Assembly (NCBI GenBank): GCA_963750025.1
Contig: CAVVPF010000002.1
Span: forward strand, 20,081-84,080
DNA: 64,000 nt
Direction of reading: 5' to 3'
DNA from: an uncultured Chloroflexia bacterium
GTDB lineage: Bacteria; Chloroflexota; Limnocylindria; QHBO01
Positions 8,625-18,017 of this stretch are shown here, one piece after another. How positions within the stretch are numbered: the stretch's first letter is position 1; each line of letters starts with the position of its first letter. Position numbers and translations under genes: made by a program. Below the pieces are notes generated by a model, which was not told the DNA's origin, made no database searches, and saw only the letters and a program-made list of their open reading frames with translations.

Positions 8625-8795
8625 GATACCCCGATGCGCTGTGGCTCCAGCGTGGCTCCCCGACCAAATGTGCCCGAGGTTTCCGCTGTCGGTAAGCTCC
8701 TTCGCCTCGCCACCCATCGCAGCCCGTGGCAGGGACGGATGGCGCACCGGGCGGCAGAGGCTCCAGGTGGTTAGTGCTGGGCTGGTAGCGGCTGC

Positions 8796-9143
8796 TCAGG
8801 TCCCGCTGCCCGGGTCGTACAGCTCGGCGGAGGCCAAGAAGGTGCCGTCACCGGGCTCGCCGCCCGCCACGAGCACCTTGCCGTCGGCTAGCAGCGTGGC
8901 CGTGTGGAGGGCGCGGGGCGTGACCATGTTCCCGGAGGCGGTCCAGGACCCGCTGTCCTGGTCGTGCAGCTCGGCCGAGACCAGCTCGCTGCCGCCCGCC
9001 ACCAGCACCTCGCCATCGGGCAGCAGCGTGGCCGTGTGACCTGAACGAGCCGCGGCCATGCTCCCGGTGGCGGTCCAGGACCCGCTGCTGGGGTCGTACA
9101 GCTCGGCGGAGGGCAGTAGGCCGCTGCTGGCGGCGCCCGCCAC
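8796..9143 (-). pseudogene. Kelch-repeat protein fragment (about 2.5 repeats, no N-terminus)
   Basis: Repeated units [36 protein letters not shown]. The ORF opens just after a TAG at 9144-9146 in mid-repeat and stops at DPGSGT in the first residues of another repeat. Confidence 0.6.
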
Positions 9144-9198
9144 CAGCCCTCGTGGGGGCTACTCCCAGGCTGGTGAGTGTGAAGTCCAGAAATGGGTC

Positions 9199-9238
9199 TT
9201 GACGAGAGCCTGAAATTGGTCTAGACCTTCCCCAACCC
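9199..9238 (+). promoter_or_regulatory. Promoter of the HutC/GntR gene with overlapping HutC-type operator
   Basis: TTGACG (9199-9204), a 17-nt spacer, then TAGACC. The perfect palindrome GGTCTAGACC (9218-9227) matches the core of HutC/DasR-type operators (tGGTCTAGACCa) and overlaps the -10. ATG is at 9239. Confidence 0.55.
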
Positions 9239-10021
9239 ATGGTGACGTCCGAGGACCGCTCCCCGCAGCACTCGCCAGATGGCGGCGACCTCGTGTCGAA
9301 TGGCGCTACGCGTGGTCTTGCAGCGTACCTCCAGATCGAAGATCAGCTGGCCGGTCGCATCGAGAGCGGGACGCTGGGGGTTGGGGAGCGCATCCCGCCT
9401 GAGCGCCAGCTGGCCGGGCAGATGGGGGTGAGCCGCATGACCGTTCGGCAGGCGCTGGCTCGTCTTGAGCACCGCGGTCTCGTCGTCCGCCAGCAGGGCC
9501 GCGGCACGTTCGTGTCCCAGCCCAAGCTCCACCACCGCGCGACTGTGCTGCGCGGCTTCTTCCAGGAGTCGGTCGGCCAGGGCGTGATGCCGGTGACGCG
9601 GACCATCGAACGGGGGCGGGTCTACGCCACCCGCGGACTCGCCGAGTCGCTGGGCCTTCGCCCGGGTGAGGAGACTTACAGGGTCGTGCGCCTGCGCTTC
9701 GCGCGCGGCGTGGCCACGGTTCTCGAGACATCGTTTTTCCCCGCCGAGCGGTTCCCCGGCCTGCTGGAGATGGATCTTGACCATGGGTCCATCTATCGGC
9801 TCATGGATCGACACTTCCACGCTCGCCCGGTGCGCGGCGTGCAGGCCATGGAATCGGTTGCCGCCGAGCGCGCCGAAGCCGAGCTGTTGGGGGTCCCGCT
9901 CGGCAGCCCGCTGATGCTCCTGGAGCGGACTGCCTGGGACGCCGACGGTCGCGCCGTCGAGCACGCGCGAGACCTGTATCGCGGAGATCGGAGCCGTTTC
10001 TTGACGGAGCTGAGGCTGTGA
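9239..10021 (+). CDS. GntR-family transcriptional regulator, HutC subfamily (UTRA effector domain)
   Basis: The winged HTH (RIPPERQLAGQMGVSRMTVRQALARLEHRGLVVRQQGRGTFV) is followed by a UTRA-like C-terminal half. Confidence 0.85.
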   Translation: MVTSEDRSPQHSPDGGDLVSNGATRGLAAYLQIEDQLAGRIESGTLGVGERIPPERQLAGQMGVSRMTVRQALARLEHRGLVVRQQGRGTFVSQPKLHHRATVLRGFFQESVGQGVMPVTRTIERGRVYATRGLAESLGLRPGEETYRVVRLRFARGVATVLETSFFPAERFPGLLEMDLDHGSIYRLMDRHFHARPVRGVQAMESVAAERAEAELLGVPLGSPLMLLERTAWDADGRAVEHARDLYRGDRSRFLTELRL

Positions 10022-12303
10022 ACCGGGCGTCCTCCGAGCGGGTCCAGGCGGTTGTCATCGGGGGAGGCGTGGTCGGGTGCGCCGTGCTGCGCGAGCTCGC
10101 CCAGCGCGGTGTGGAGGCGCTCCTCCTGGAGGCCGAGCCTTCGCTGTGCGAGGGCACCAGCAAGGCCAACAGTGCGATCGTTCACACCGGCTTCGACGCC
10201 CGGCCGGGCACCACCGAGGCGGCCATGCTGCGGCGAGCCGCGGCATTGTGGCCAGCCGTGATCGAGGAGCTGGGCGTGCCGTTCCTGGAGGTCGGCGCGC
10301 TGATGCTGGCCCGCGATGCCAGCGAGACCTCTCGACTACGCACGGAGGTCGCGGCGAATGCCACGGCCCTTGGCGTTGAGACCGAGCTGCTCGGACGCGA
10401 TGAGCTGCGCGAGGTCGCCCCATTCGTCAGCGACGGGGCCGTGGCCGCGCTCTCCGTTCCGGCAGAGGCGGTCATCGATCCCTTCTGGCTAACTCGCCGC
10501 TATGCCGAGGCCGGCATCGTGGGCGGAGCCCGTGTTCGGACGGATGCGCCGGTGGTGGGCCTGGAGGTTGGCCCACGGGGCGTGACGGTGCACACGCAAG
10601 GTGGCGGTTCGGTGGTCGCGGATCAGGTCTTCAACTGCGCGGGCCTGTGGGCCGACGCGGTGGCCGTCCTGGCCGGAGACGACAGCTTCAGCCTCCGTCC
10701 GCGGCGCGGGCAGTTCCTGGTCAGCGAAGAGACCTTCGGCGTGGACCGGATCGTGCTGCCGCTGCCCGGGCCGATGGGCAAGGGGATGCTGGTGACGCCG
10801 ATCGTCTTCGGCGGCGTACTGCTCGGGCCGACCGCCGAGGACTGCGCCGACAAGCAGGACCGATCGGTCGACCCCGAATCGCGCAGCCGCATCCTGGAGG
10901 CGTGTCGGGCGCTCGTGCCGGAGGTCGCGGAGATGATCCCGATCCGGCAGTTCAGCGGCCTGCGAGCGGTCTCCAGCACCGGCGACTACATCCTCCGACC
11001 CGCCACCAGCGGCGACCGGCTGTACCACGTCACCGGCATCCGCTCCACCGGGGTGAGCACGTCGCCGGCGGTCGCGGAGCAGGTGGTCGATGAAGCCTCT
11101 CGTCTGCGTGGCTGGCAGCGGAGAGCGTCGCCGGCGCGCGTGGCCGAGCCCACCTTCGTCGAGGCGGCGGGCGAGTTGGTGTGTCTGTGCCGCTCCGTCA
11201 GCCGAGGTGAGCTGGTCGGCGCCGTGCACGGGGTCGTGGGTGCCACCACGCTGGACGCCGCGAAGCGCGCGTGCGGCGTGACCTTCGGCGACTGCCAGGG
11301 CAACCTGTGCGCGGTCGATGTGGTGGAAAGGATCGCGAAGGAGACCGGGCGCACCGCAGATCAGGTTCTCAAGCACCGGGCAGGCTCGTGGCTGCTTGCC
11401 CCGGGAGGCCGGGGCGACACCCGTCGGCGTCCTGCAGGAGGCCGGCCAAACACCGTCGGAGCGCTGGACCTCGTCGTCGTCGGTGGTGGTCTGGCCGGCA
11501 TCGGCGCTGGGCTGGCGGCGATCGAGGCGGGAATGCGGGTCCTGGTCGTCGAGCGCCGCCATCGCTGGGGCGGTGCGCTCGGATCGTGGCCGGCGGGGCT
11601 GGAAGACGATGAGCGGCGAGCGCTCGAGACGTTCGTCGCGCAGGTGGCAGCGGGCGAGCTTTCGGGCTGGCTGGAGGCGACCGTGGCCGGCCTCCTGCCG
11701 GCGAATGACGGGTGGGCGATCCAGGTCCAGGCCGCGACCGGAGGCATCGAGCTCCAGGCGCGCTCCGTGGTGCTCGCCACCGGGGGCTACGTGGAGCCGC
11801 GTGAGCACCTGCCGATTGGGGGGCCCCGTGGGAGCGGGCTGGTCACCGCTGATTTCATCGAGGCGGCATTGGATGCCGGGTGGCTCCCCGGGCGGCGCGC
11901 GATCGTCGTGGGGCGGGGCCGGACCGCCGAGCACTCGACGCATCGCCTCCGTGAGGCCGGGGTGGCGGTCAACCACGTGGCCATCGCCGACCCCTCTGTC
12001 GTCCAGGCGGTACGTGGCGATCGGCGCCTGGAGGCCGCCCTGGTTGCGGGAGACTGGATCGCGGCCGACACGCTCGTCCTGGCGCACCGGCTCTTGCCGG
12101 CGGGATTCCTGCTGCGGTCGCTCGGGTTGCTCGACGGTCGACCCGGCATCGCGCCGCCGGCCGGACGCGACGGCCAGACCGAGCTTGCCGGTCTCTGGGT
12201 TGCCGGGACTTGCCGGCGACCCGATATCGATCATCGCGGCTCGCTGGCCGACGGCAGGTTGGTTACCGCGGCGCTGAGCAGCGGTGCTGGGGTGGTGCAG
12301 TGA
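10018..12303 (+). CDS. FAD-dependent glycerol-3-phosphate dehydrogenase (GlpA-like, BFD-type 2Fe-2S segment) fused to a second FAD/NAD(P)-binding oxidoreductase (GlpB-like)
   Basis: First dinucleotide fold is VVIGGGVVGCA. A Cys cluster CLCRSV...CGVTFGDCQGNLC follows. A second fold, LVVVGGGLAGIGAG, starts about residue 480. The gene is adjacent to glpK. Confidence 0.7.
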   Translation: MNRASSERVQAVVIGGGVVGCAVLRELAQRGVEALLLEAEPSLCEGTSKANSAIVHTGFDARPGTTEAAMLRRAAALWPAVIEELGVPFLEVGALMLARDASETSRLRTEVAANATALGVETELLGRDELREVAPFVSDGAVAALSVPAEAVIDPFWLTRRYAEAGIVGGARVRTDAPVVGLEVGPRGVTVHTQGGGSVVADQVFNCAGLWADAVAVLAGDDSFSLRPRRGQFLVSEETFGVDRIVLPLPGPMGKGMLVTPIVFGGVLLGPTAEDCADKQDRSVDPESRSRILEACRALVPEVAEMIPIRQFSGLRAVSSTGDYILRPATSGDRLYHVTGIRSTGVSTSPAVAEQVVDEASRLRGWQRRASPARVAEPTFVEAAGELVCLCRSVSRGELVGAVHGVVGATTLDAAKRACGVTFGDCQGNLCAVDVVERIAKETGRTADQVLKHRAGSWLLAPGGRGDTRRRPAGGRPNTVGALDLVVVGGGLAGIGAGLAAIEAGMRVLVVERRHRWGGALGSWPAGLEDDERRALETFVAQVAAGELSGWLEATVAGLLPANDGWAIQVQAATGGIELQARSVVLATGGYVEPREHLPIGGPRGSGLVTADFIEAALDAGWLPGRRAIVVGRGRTAEHSTHRLREAGVAVNHVAIADPSVVQAVRGDRRLEAALVAGDWIAADTLVLAHRLLPAGFLLRSLGLLDGRPGIAPPAGRDGQTELAGLWVAGTCRRPDIDHRGSLADGRLVTAALSSGAGVVQ

Positions 12304-12779
12304 AGCGGCTGCTCGAAGAGGTGCTCGTGGTCGATGCGCCCAGTGACCGGCTATGGGCGCTGCTCCACGATGTCGACGCCCTGAAGCGGATCCTCCCGGG
12401 CTGCGAAGAGCTGGTGGAGTTCGCCCCGGATCGCTACCGAGCGGTGATGCGCACCAAGCTGCAGTTCATCACCCTGAGGGTCGAGGGAACTGCGGAGCTG
12501 GCCGACCTGCACCCGCCAGATCATGTTCGCCTCGCCATCAGCGGCCGGCCGATTGGCCTGATTGGCTCATTCGTGGTCAGTGTGCCGATCGACGTTGACG
12601 AGATCGACGGCAAGACGCGTGGCAGCTACGCGGTTGACCTCCAGCTGACGGGGCGTCTCGCGGCGTTCGGGGCGCCGCTCCTCCGTTTCACCGTCAAGAG
12701 CCAGATCCGCGAGATGATGGCGAACCTGCAGCGCGAGCTGACTGGCGAGCGAGCCGGCGCCGAGCAGGCGGTTCCATGA
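12300..12779 (+). CDS. SRPBCC-fold protein, CoxG family
   Basis: The GTG at 12300 overlaps the upstream stop (GTGA). The sequence VKRLLEEVLVVDAPSDRLWALLHDVDALKRILPGCEEL...LTGRLAAFGAPLL is typical of the CoxG/SRPBCC family. Confidence 0.6.
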   Translation: MKRLLEEVLVVDAPSDRLWALLHDVDALKRILPGCEELVEFAPDRYRAVMRTKLQFITLRVEGTAELADLHPPDHVRLAISGRPIGLIGSFVVSVPIDVDEIDGKTRGSYAVDLQLTGRLAAFGAPLLRFTVKSQIREMMANLQRELTGERAGAEQAVP

Positions 12780-14290
12780 GCGCTGACCTGTTGCTGGCAA
12801 TCGACCAGGGCACCACCAGCACGCGGGCGATCGCATTCGACCGTGAGCTGCGCGTCGTGGCGACAGCATCGCAGCCGCTGCGCGTGAGCCACCCGCGCCC
12901 CGGATGGGTGGAGCAGGACCCCGACGAGATCCTTGAGTCGGTGGTCACCTGCACCGCCGAGGCGCTGGCGGGGTGCGGCGGCGCAGCGCGGATCGCCGGC
13001 GTTGGGATCGACAACCAGGGCGAGACGGTGATCGCCTGGGACGGCGAGACCGGAGCGGCGCTGGCGCCGGCCATCGTCTGGCAATGCCGCCGCAGCGGGC
13101 CGATCGTCGAGCGCCTCCGGGCGGCTGGGCAGGAGACGCGCATCCGCGGTCTGACCGGGTTGCCGCTGGATCCGTACTTCTCCGCGGGGAAGATGGCCTG
13201 GCTGCTGGAAGAGGTCCCGGCGGTACAGACCGCCGCCGACCGCGGGACCCTGCGGATGGGAACGGTTGACGCCTGGCTGACCTGGCATCTGGCCGGCGAG
13301 GCGCTGACCGACCCGTCGACGGCGTCGCGCACCCAACTGTTCGGGCTGGGCGCGCTGGCTTGGGATGACAGCCTGCTCGACACCTTTGGGGTTCCGCGCG
13401 GGGCGCTTCCGCGCATCGTCCCCAGCGCCGGGCCCGCCGGGGAGCTTCGGCATCGCCGCTGGAAGGGGGGCGCGCTCCCGCTGGCGGCGCTGATCTGTGA
13501 CCAGCAAGCCGCCCTCCTCGGGCATGGCTGTGTCGAGGCGGGCCAGATGAAGGGCACCTACGGGACGGGGGTCTTCGTGCTGGCAGTGGCCGGCGGCGAG
13601 CCGCCGGCACCCAGCGGCGAGCTGCTAGGAACGGTGGGCTGGCAGCTGGCCGATGGCGCGACCACCTACGCCCTCGACGGTGGGGTCTTCACCGCGGGGG
13701 CGCTGCTCAACTGGCTGCGCGACGGGCTGGGCGTATTGGCCGACCCGGCCGAGAGCGACGCGCTCGCGAGCAGCGTTCGGGATTCCGCCGGGGTCCGCAT
13801 CCTGCCGGCCCTTGCCGGCCTCGGCGCTCCGTGGTGGCGTCCGCGGGCCCGCGGGGTGATCGCGGGGCTGACCGCTGCCGCCACGCGCGCCCACGTGGCA
13901 CGGGCCGCACTGGACGGGATCGCGCACCGGGTCGCCGATGTTGTCGAGGCGATGGCAGCTGCCATGGATCGCCCCCCCACGTTCATGCGAGTCGATGGCG
14001 GGCTGACCGGCAACGGTTACCTGATGCAGCGCCAGGCGGATCTGCTAGGAATGCCGCTCGTGGTGGCATCCGCGACGGAGGCGACCGCGTTGGGGGCGGC
14101 CGCCCTGGCGGGCATCGGGCTGGGATGGATGGAGCCGCCGCAGATCGCGGCTGCCAATCCTCCCCTCCGCACGGTGCAGCCGACCATGGACGGGATCAAC
14201 CGACAGAACGAGCGCGCGGCCTGGCGACGCTTCGTCGCGGCCACCGCGGATCTTGGAAAGGAGGGTGAATCACCGGTCATCCCCGGATGA
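12776..14290 (+). CDS. glpK: Glycerol kinase
   Basis: LLAIDQGTTSTRAIAFD, GWVEQDP and IVWQCRR motifs. Length (504 aa) matches the FGGY family. Confidence 0.9.
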   Translation: MSADLLLAIDQGTTSTRAIAFDRELRVVATASQPLRVSHPRPGWVEQDPDEILESVVTCTAEALAGCGGAARIAGVGIDNQGETVIAWDGETGAALAPAIVWQCRRSGPIVERLRAAGQETRIRGLTGLPLDPYFSAGKMAWLLEEVPAVQTAADRGTLRMGTVDAWLTWHLAGEALTDPSTASRTQLFGLGALAWDDSLLDTFGVPRGALPRIVPSAGPAGELRHRRWKGGALPLAALICDQQAALLGHGCVEAGQMKGTYGTGVFVLAVAGGEPPAPSGELLGTVGWQLADGATTYALDGGVFTAGALLNWLRDGLGVLADPAESDALASSVRDSAGVRILPALAGLGAPWWRPRARGVIAGLTAAATRAHVARAALDGIAHRVADVVEAMAAAMDRPPTFMRVDGGLTGNGYLMQRQADLLGMPLVVASATEATALGAAALAGIGLGWMEPPQIAAANPPLRTVQPTMDGINRQNERAAWRRFVAATADLGKEGESPVIPG

Positions 14291-14342
14291 GGGCGCTCGA
14301 AGAAGGAGGAGTCATCGGGCGCACAAGGAGGAGGAAGTCTCT

Positions 14343-15953
14343 ATGACAGCCATGTCACCAACTGCTGGAGCGCCGCGCCTGTTCGTGCGGAAGACATCTG
14401 GTCTGATTCGCACCATCGGTGTGCGCGGGGCGCTCGTCTTCGGGGTGCACTGCATCTCGCTTTCGTCGTCGGGGATCCTGGTCTTCTACTCGGTGCCCGG
14501 CCTGTGGCCGGGCGCAAATATCCTCGTGGTGCTGACCTTGGCGGCGGTCCTGTGCGCCATGCACGCGTACACCTTCAGCCAGATCGGGGCCGCCGCGCCT
14601 CGTGCCGGTGCCGACTACACGCTGGCAAGCCGCACGCTGACACCGTGGCTGGCGTTTCCCGCCAGCTTCGCCCTGGTGCTCTTCAGCGGCCTGGTGGCGG
14701 GAAGCCTCATCGCCTGGATCCCGACCGTCGCCCTGCCCGCCGTGCTGCGCGCGTCAGGCGTGCTGTACAACGCCGCGTGGGCGACCAGCCTGGCTGACTT
14801 CAGCACCAGCACGTCCGGGATCCTGGTCTTCGGCACCGCCGGCGTGCTGATCACGCTGGTGACGCTGTTCTATCCGACCCGCACCGTCGTCAAGATGATG
14901 GGTATCGGCTTCGTGCTCGGTCTGGTCGCCTGGGCGGTCATCCTGTTCGCCTTTGCCAGCGGCAGCGAGCACAGCTTCCAGTCGGGCTGGAACCAGTACG
15001 TGCCATCGCTGCCGTACGACCAGGTCATCCCGACCGCGCAGTCGAACGGGATGGTGCTGGACACCAGCTTCGGAAACACGGCCATCGCCGGCCTGATCAT
15101 GGGCTTCTGGATCTTCTACGGCTACTACATCCCGACCTTCTTCGCCGGCGAGGTGAAGGAGGCGCCCCGTACCCTCTTGTTGGGGGCGTGGGGTTCGCTG
15201 GCGGTGACCTGGGCCATTTTCGCCGGCGGGATCGTGCTCTTCACCCGCTTCGTCCCGCAGGACTGGATGGCCGCCCAGGGCTACCTGTTCATCAATGGCC
15301 AGGAGGGCGCGAACCCGTTCGTGACCTTCTACGCCAGCGTTCTGCAGCCGAACGTCATCCTCTTCCTGCTGATGGCGGTCGGCTTCATCTACACGCTGAT
15401 CAACCTGGCGCAGACGTACTTCTTCTACGCCAGCCGCATCATGTTCGCGTGGGCCTTCGACCGGATCGTCCCGGAGTGGATCGCCGAGGTCCATCCCGAA
15501 ACGGGTAGCCCGCGGAACGCGGTGGTGGTCATCGCCCTGCTCGCCGAGCTGGGGGTGCTGGCGTCGGCCTTCTTCAGCGTGCTCTTCGTCCAGCTCAACT
15601 TCGTCTTCTACGCGGCCATCACCATGATCGTCCCGATCGTGGCGGCGATCGTCTACCCGTACCGCAAGCGCAGCCTCTGGGAGGCCGGCGCCGGGCACGT
15701 GCGGTCGATGATCTTCGGCTTGCCGAGCATGACCGTGGTGGGGATCGGGACGCTGGGCTTCATCCTGCTGCTGGTGGCCTCGCCGTTCATCTGGCCGGCG
15801 GTCGGCTTCGGCGAGCAGCAGGGCGCCGCGGTCGCCATCTTCGCGACGATCGTGGTCGTCGGCGTGGTGATCTTCGCGGTTGCGCGCTGGTATCGCCAAC
15901 GCCAGGAGGGTCTGGACATCATGGCCACCTTTGCGGAGATTCCGCCCGCCTAA
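14343..15953 (+). CDS. APC-superfamily permease (amino acid/polyamine/organocation type)
   Basis: AAGGAGGAGGAAG SD then ATG at 14343. About 12 hydrophobic segments span 536 aa. Substrate is not inferable. Confidence 0.7.
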   Translation: MTAMSPTAGAPRLFVRKTSGLIRTIGVRGALVFGVHCISLSSSGILVFYSVPGLWPGANILVVLTLAAVLCAMHAYTFSQIGAAAPRAGADYTLASRTLTPWLAFPASFALVLFSGLVAGSLIAWIPTVALPAVLRASGVLYNAAWATSLADFSTSTSGILVFGTAGVLITLVTLFYPTRTVVKMMGIGFVLGLVAWAVILFAFASGSEHSFQSGWNQYVPSLPYDQVIPTAQSNGMVLDTSFGNTAIAGLIMGFWIFYGYYIPTFFAGEVKEAPRTLLLGAWGSLAVTWAIFAGGIVLFTRFVPQDWMAAQGYLFINGQEGANPFVTFYASVLQPNVILFLLMAVGFIYTLINLAQTYFFYASRIMFAWAFDRIVPEWIAEVHPETGSPRNAVVVIALLAELGVLASAFFSVLFVQLNFVFYAAITMIVPIVAAIVYPYRKRSLWEAGAGHVRSMIFGLPSMTVVGIGTLGFILLLVASPFIWPAVGFGEQQGAAVAIFATIVVVGVVIFAVARWYRQRQEGLDIMATFAEIPPA

Positions 15954-16027
15954 GCGGTCAGACCGATGCGGCCGGGGCGAGCCCAGGGCTTGGCCCCGGC
16001 CGATTCACTCGCAGTCACGAGATTCAC

Positions 16028-17015
16028 ATGCCGCTCTTCTTCAAACGCTCCGAGACCCCGGGCTCCGGGTTCCTGCGCATCATCCAGGCGGCCGACTTCC
16101 ATGGCTCGACCATGGCCTGGCGCAAGTTCATGGCGGCCGCCAAGCAGCATCGGGTCCAGCATGCCATCGTCTCGGGCGACCTGACCGGCAAGGCGATCGT
16201 GCCGATCATTCGCCGCGTCCATGGATACGAAGGCTGGCTCTTCGGCAATCGCGAGCTGGCCGACACGGATGCGGAGCTGGCCGCCCTCAAGGCGAAGATC
16301 GAGAAGGTCGGCTTCTACGACCACGTGTGCGATCTCGATGAGGCCCGGGCGCTCGAGGCCGATTCGGATCGCCTGCATCGGCTCTTCGTCGAGAAGATGA
16401 ACGACCGCTTGCAGTCCTGGCTCGAGTTCGCGAGCGAGTATCTCCAGCCGCTGGACATCCCGCTATGGGTGATCCCGGGCAACGACGATGATCTGAGCGT
16501 TGATCCGATCCTGAACGCGGCCCAGTACGCCCGCAACGTCGACCACCAGGTGGTGGAGATCGATGAGCACCACGAGCTGGTCAGCATGGGCGACACCTCG
16601 ATGACCCCCTGGGAGTGCCCCCGCGACTACCCGGAGGAGCACATGCGGGTGGCGGTTCGCGACCTGGTGGAGCGGATCCGTAATCCGGCGGGTGCGATCT
16701 TCAACTTTCACTGTCCGCCGTTCAACACCAAGATCGATCAGGCTCCCGCGCTGAAGCCCAACCTGGAGATCGTCCACGAGGCGGGACAGGTGATGATGAC
16801 CTCGGCCGGCTCGTCTGCGATCCGCAAGGCGATCGAAGAGGTACAGCCGCTCCTGTCGCTGCACGGCCACATCCACGAGGCGCGCGGAGTCCAGAAGCTG
16901 GGTCGCACCGTGGCCCTCAATCCGGGCTCGGAGTACGCTGAGGGGGTCGTGAAGGCGGCCATCGTCAACCTTCGAGCCGGCCCGCGTGAAGGGCTACCTG
17001 CTGATCAGCGGATGA
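16028..17015 (+). CDS. Calcineurin-like metallophosphoesterase, frameshifted near 16970 as sequenced
   Basis: FLRIIQAADFHG, IVSGDLTGK, VIPGNDD and SLHGHIHE metal-binding motifs. The +1 frame reads ..NFEPARVKGYLLISG stop at 17013-15, giving an ATGA overlap with the next start. One extra C in AACC (about 16969) puts the gene in frame with its neighbour, producing the 581-aa track ORF. Confidence 0.7.
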
Positions 17016-17773
17016 GTGGCGAGGAGCCTCGCGGCTTCGAGGAACTCTGGGCCCACGCCGAGAGGCTGCTGTCGGCGGCTGAGCATGCGGGTGCCACGCT
17101 GCGGGCAATGGGTGGGATCGCCGTCCGCAGGAGGTCGGCCGACTTGGGAGGCCTCGATCCGGGGCGCCGTGTCTATCATGACATCGACCTGGTCGGGCGG
17201 CAGCGGGACATCCGCACGCTCGATGCCACGATCCTCAAGCTGGGCTACGAGCCCGACCGGGCAGTGAACACGCAGTTCGGGACCGTGCGCAGGGTCTACT
17301 ACCATCCCGACGGCTTCCACCTCGACCTGTTCTTTGAGCGCCTCGAGTTCTGCCACACCATCCTGCTGAATGAGCGCCTGCACCTGGTGGCACGCACCAT
17401 CCCGGCGGCCGACCTGCTCCTCCAGAAGCTGCAAATCGTGGAGCGCAACGAGAAGGACCTGATCGATGTCTTCTGGCTCCTGCTCAATCACGCGCTGCTC
17501 ACGGGCGAGCCGGAGCAGATCGAGATCGACCGGGTCGTCTCGCTGACGGGATCGGACTGGGGCTTCCACACCACCGCCACCGATTTCGTGGGCCATGCCC
17601 TCCAGCTCCTGCCCGAGCAGAACCTCGTACCCCAGGCTCGCGAGCTCATTGGTTCGCGGCTGATGGAGCTGCAGGCGGCCATCGATGCCGCTCCGAAGTC
17701 GCTGCGCTGGCGCGCCCGCGAGCGGGTCGGGCGCCGCGTGCGGTGGTATCGGGTGGTGGAAGAGGTCCTGTGA
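17012..17773 (+). CDS. Nucleotidyltransferase-like protein (uncharacterised NTase family)
   Basis: MSGEEPRGFEELW...LRAMGGIAVR...YHDIDLVG...GFHLDLFF resembles the G-[SG]/D-x-D pattern of minimal nucleotidyltransferases. The ATG at 17012 overlaps the inferred upstream stop. Confidence 0.5.
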   Translation: MSGEEPRGFEELWAHAERLLSAAEHAGATLRAMGGIAVRRRSADLGGLDPGRRVYHDIDLVGRQRDIRTLDATILKLGYEPDRAVNTQFGTVRRVYYHPDGFHLDLFFERLEFCHTILLNERLHLVARTIPAADLLLQKLQIVERNEKDLIDVFWLLLNHALLTGEPEQIEIDRVVSLTGSDWGFHTTATDFVGHALQLLPEQNLVPQARELIGSRLMELQAAIDAAPKSLRWRARERVGRRVRWYRVVEEVL

Positions 17774-17814
17774 CGGCGCACCACCGAGACGCGCGGTTTG
17801 CCCTCGGCCTCGGG

Positions 17815-18000
17815 CGTCAGGTGAGACGCCGTCGACGAACCTGGCTCCACCGAGGACCAGGGTCATGATCGTGAGGCCGCCGTGCAGCGGGCGCCACGAG
17901 TGCTCGAGGCGCTGGGCGATCTTGAAGACAAGGTAGAGCGGGGTCTCCCGGCGGCGCATGCGCTTGGCCATGGCTGAAGCGAGCCTGCGCCAGTCACTGC
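17815..18000 (-). mobile_element. C-terminal remnant of an IS256/Mutator-family transposase
   Basis: KRMRRRETPLYLVFKIAQRLEHSWRPLHGGLTIMTLVLGGARFVDGV resembles, from memory, the conserved C-terminus of IS256-family transposases (..AFKLIEAAQ.RWR.....LVALV.AGA.F.NG). No catalytic DDE region or inverted repeats are present. Confidence 0.35.
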
Positions 18001-18017
18001 CCCTGGCCGCATGATCG

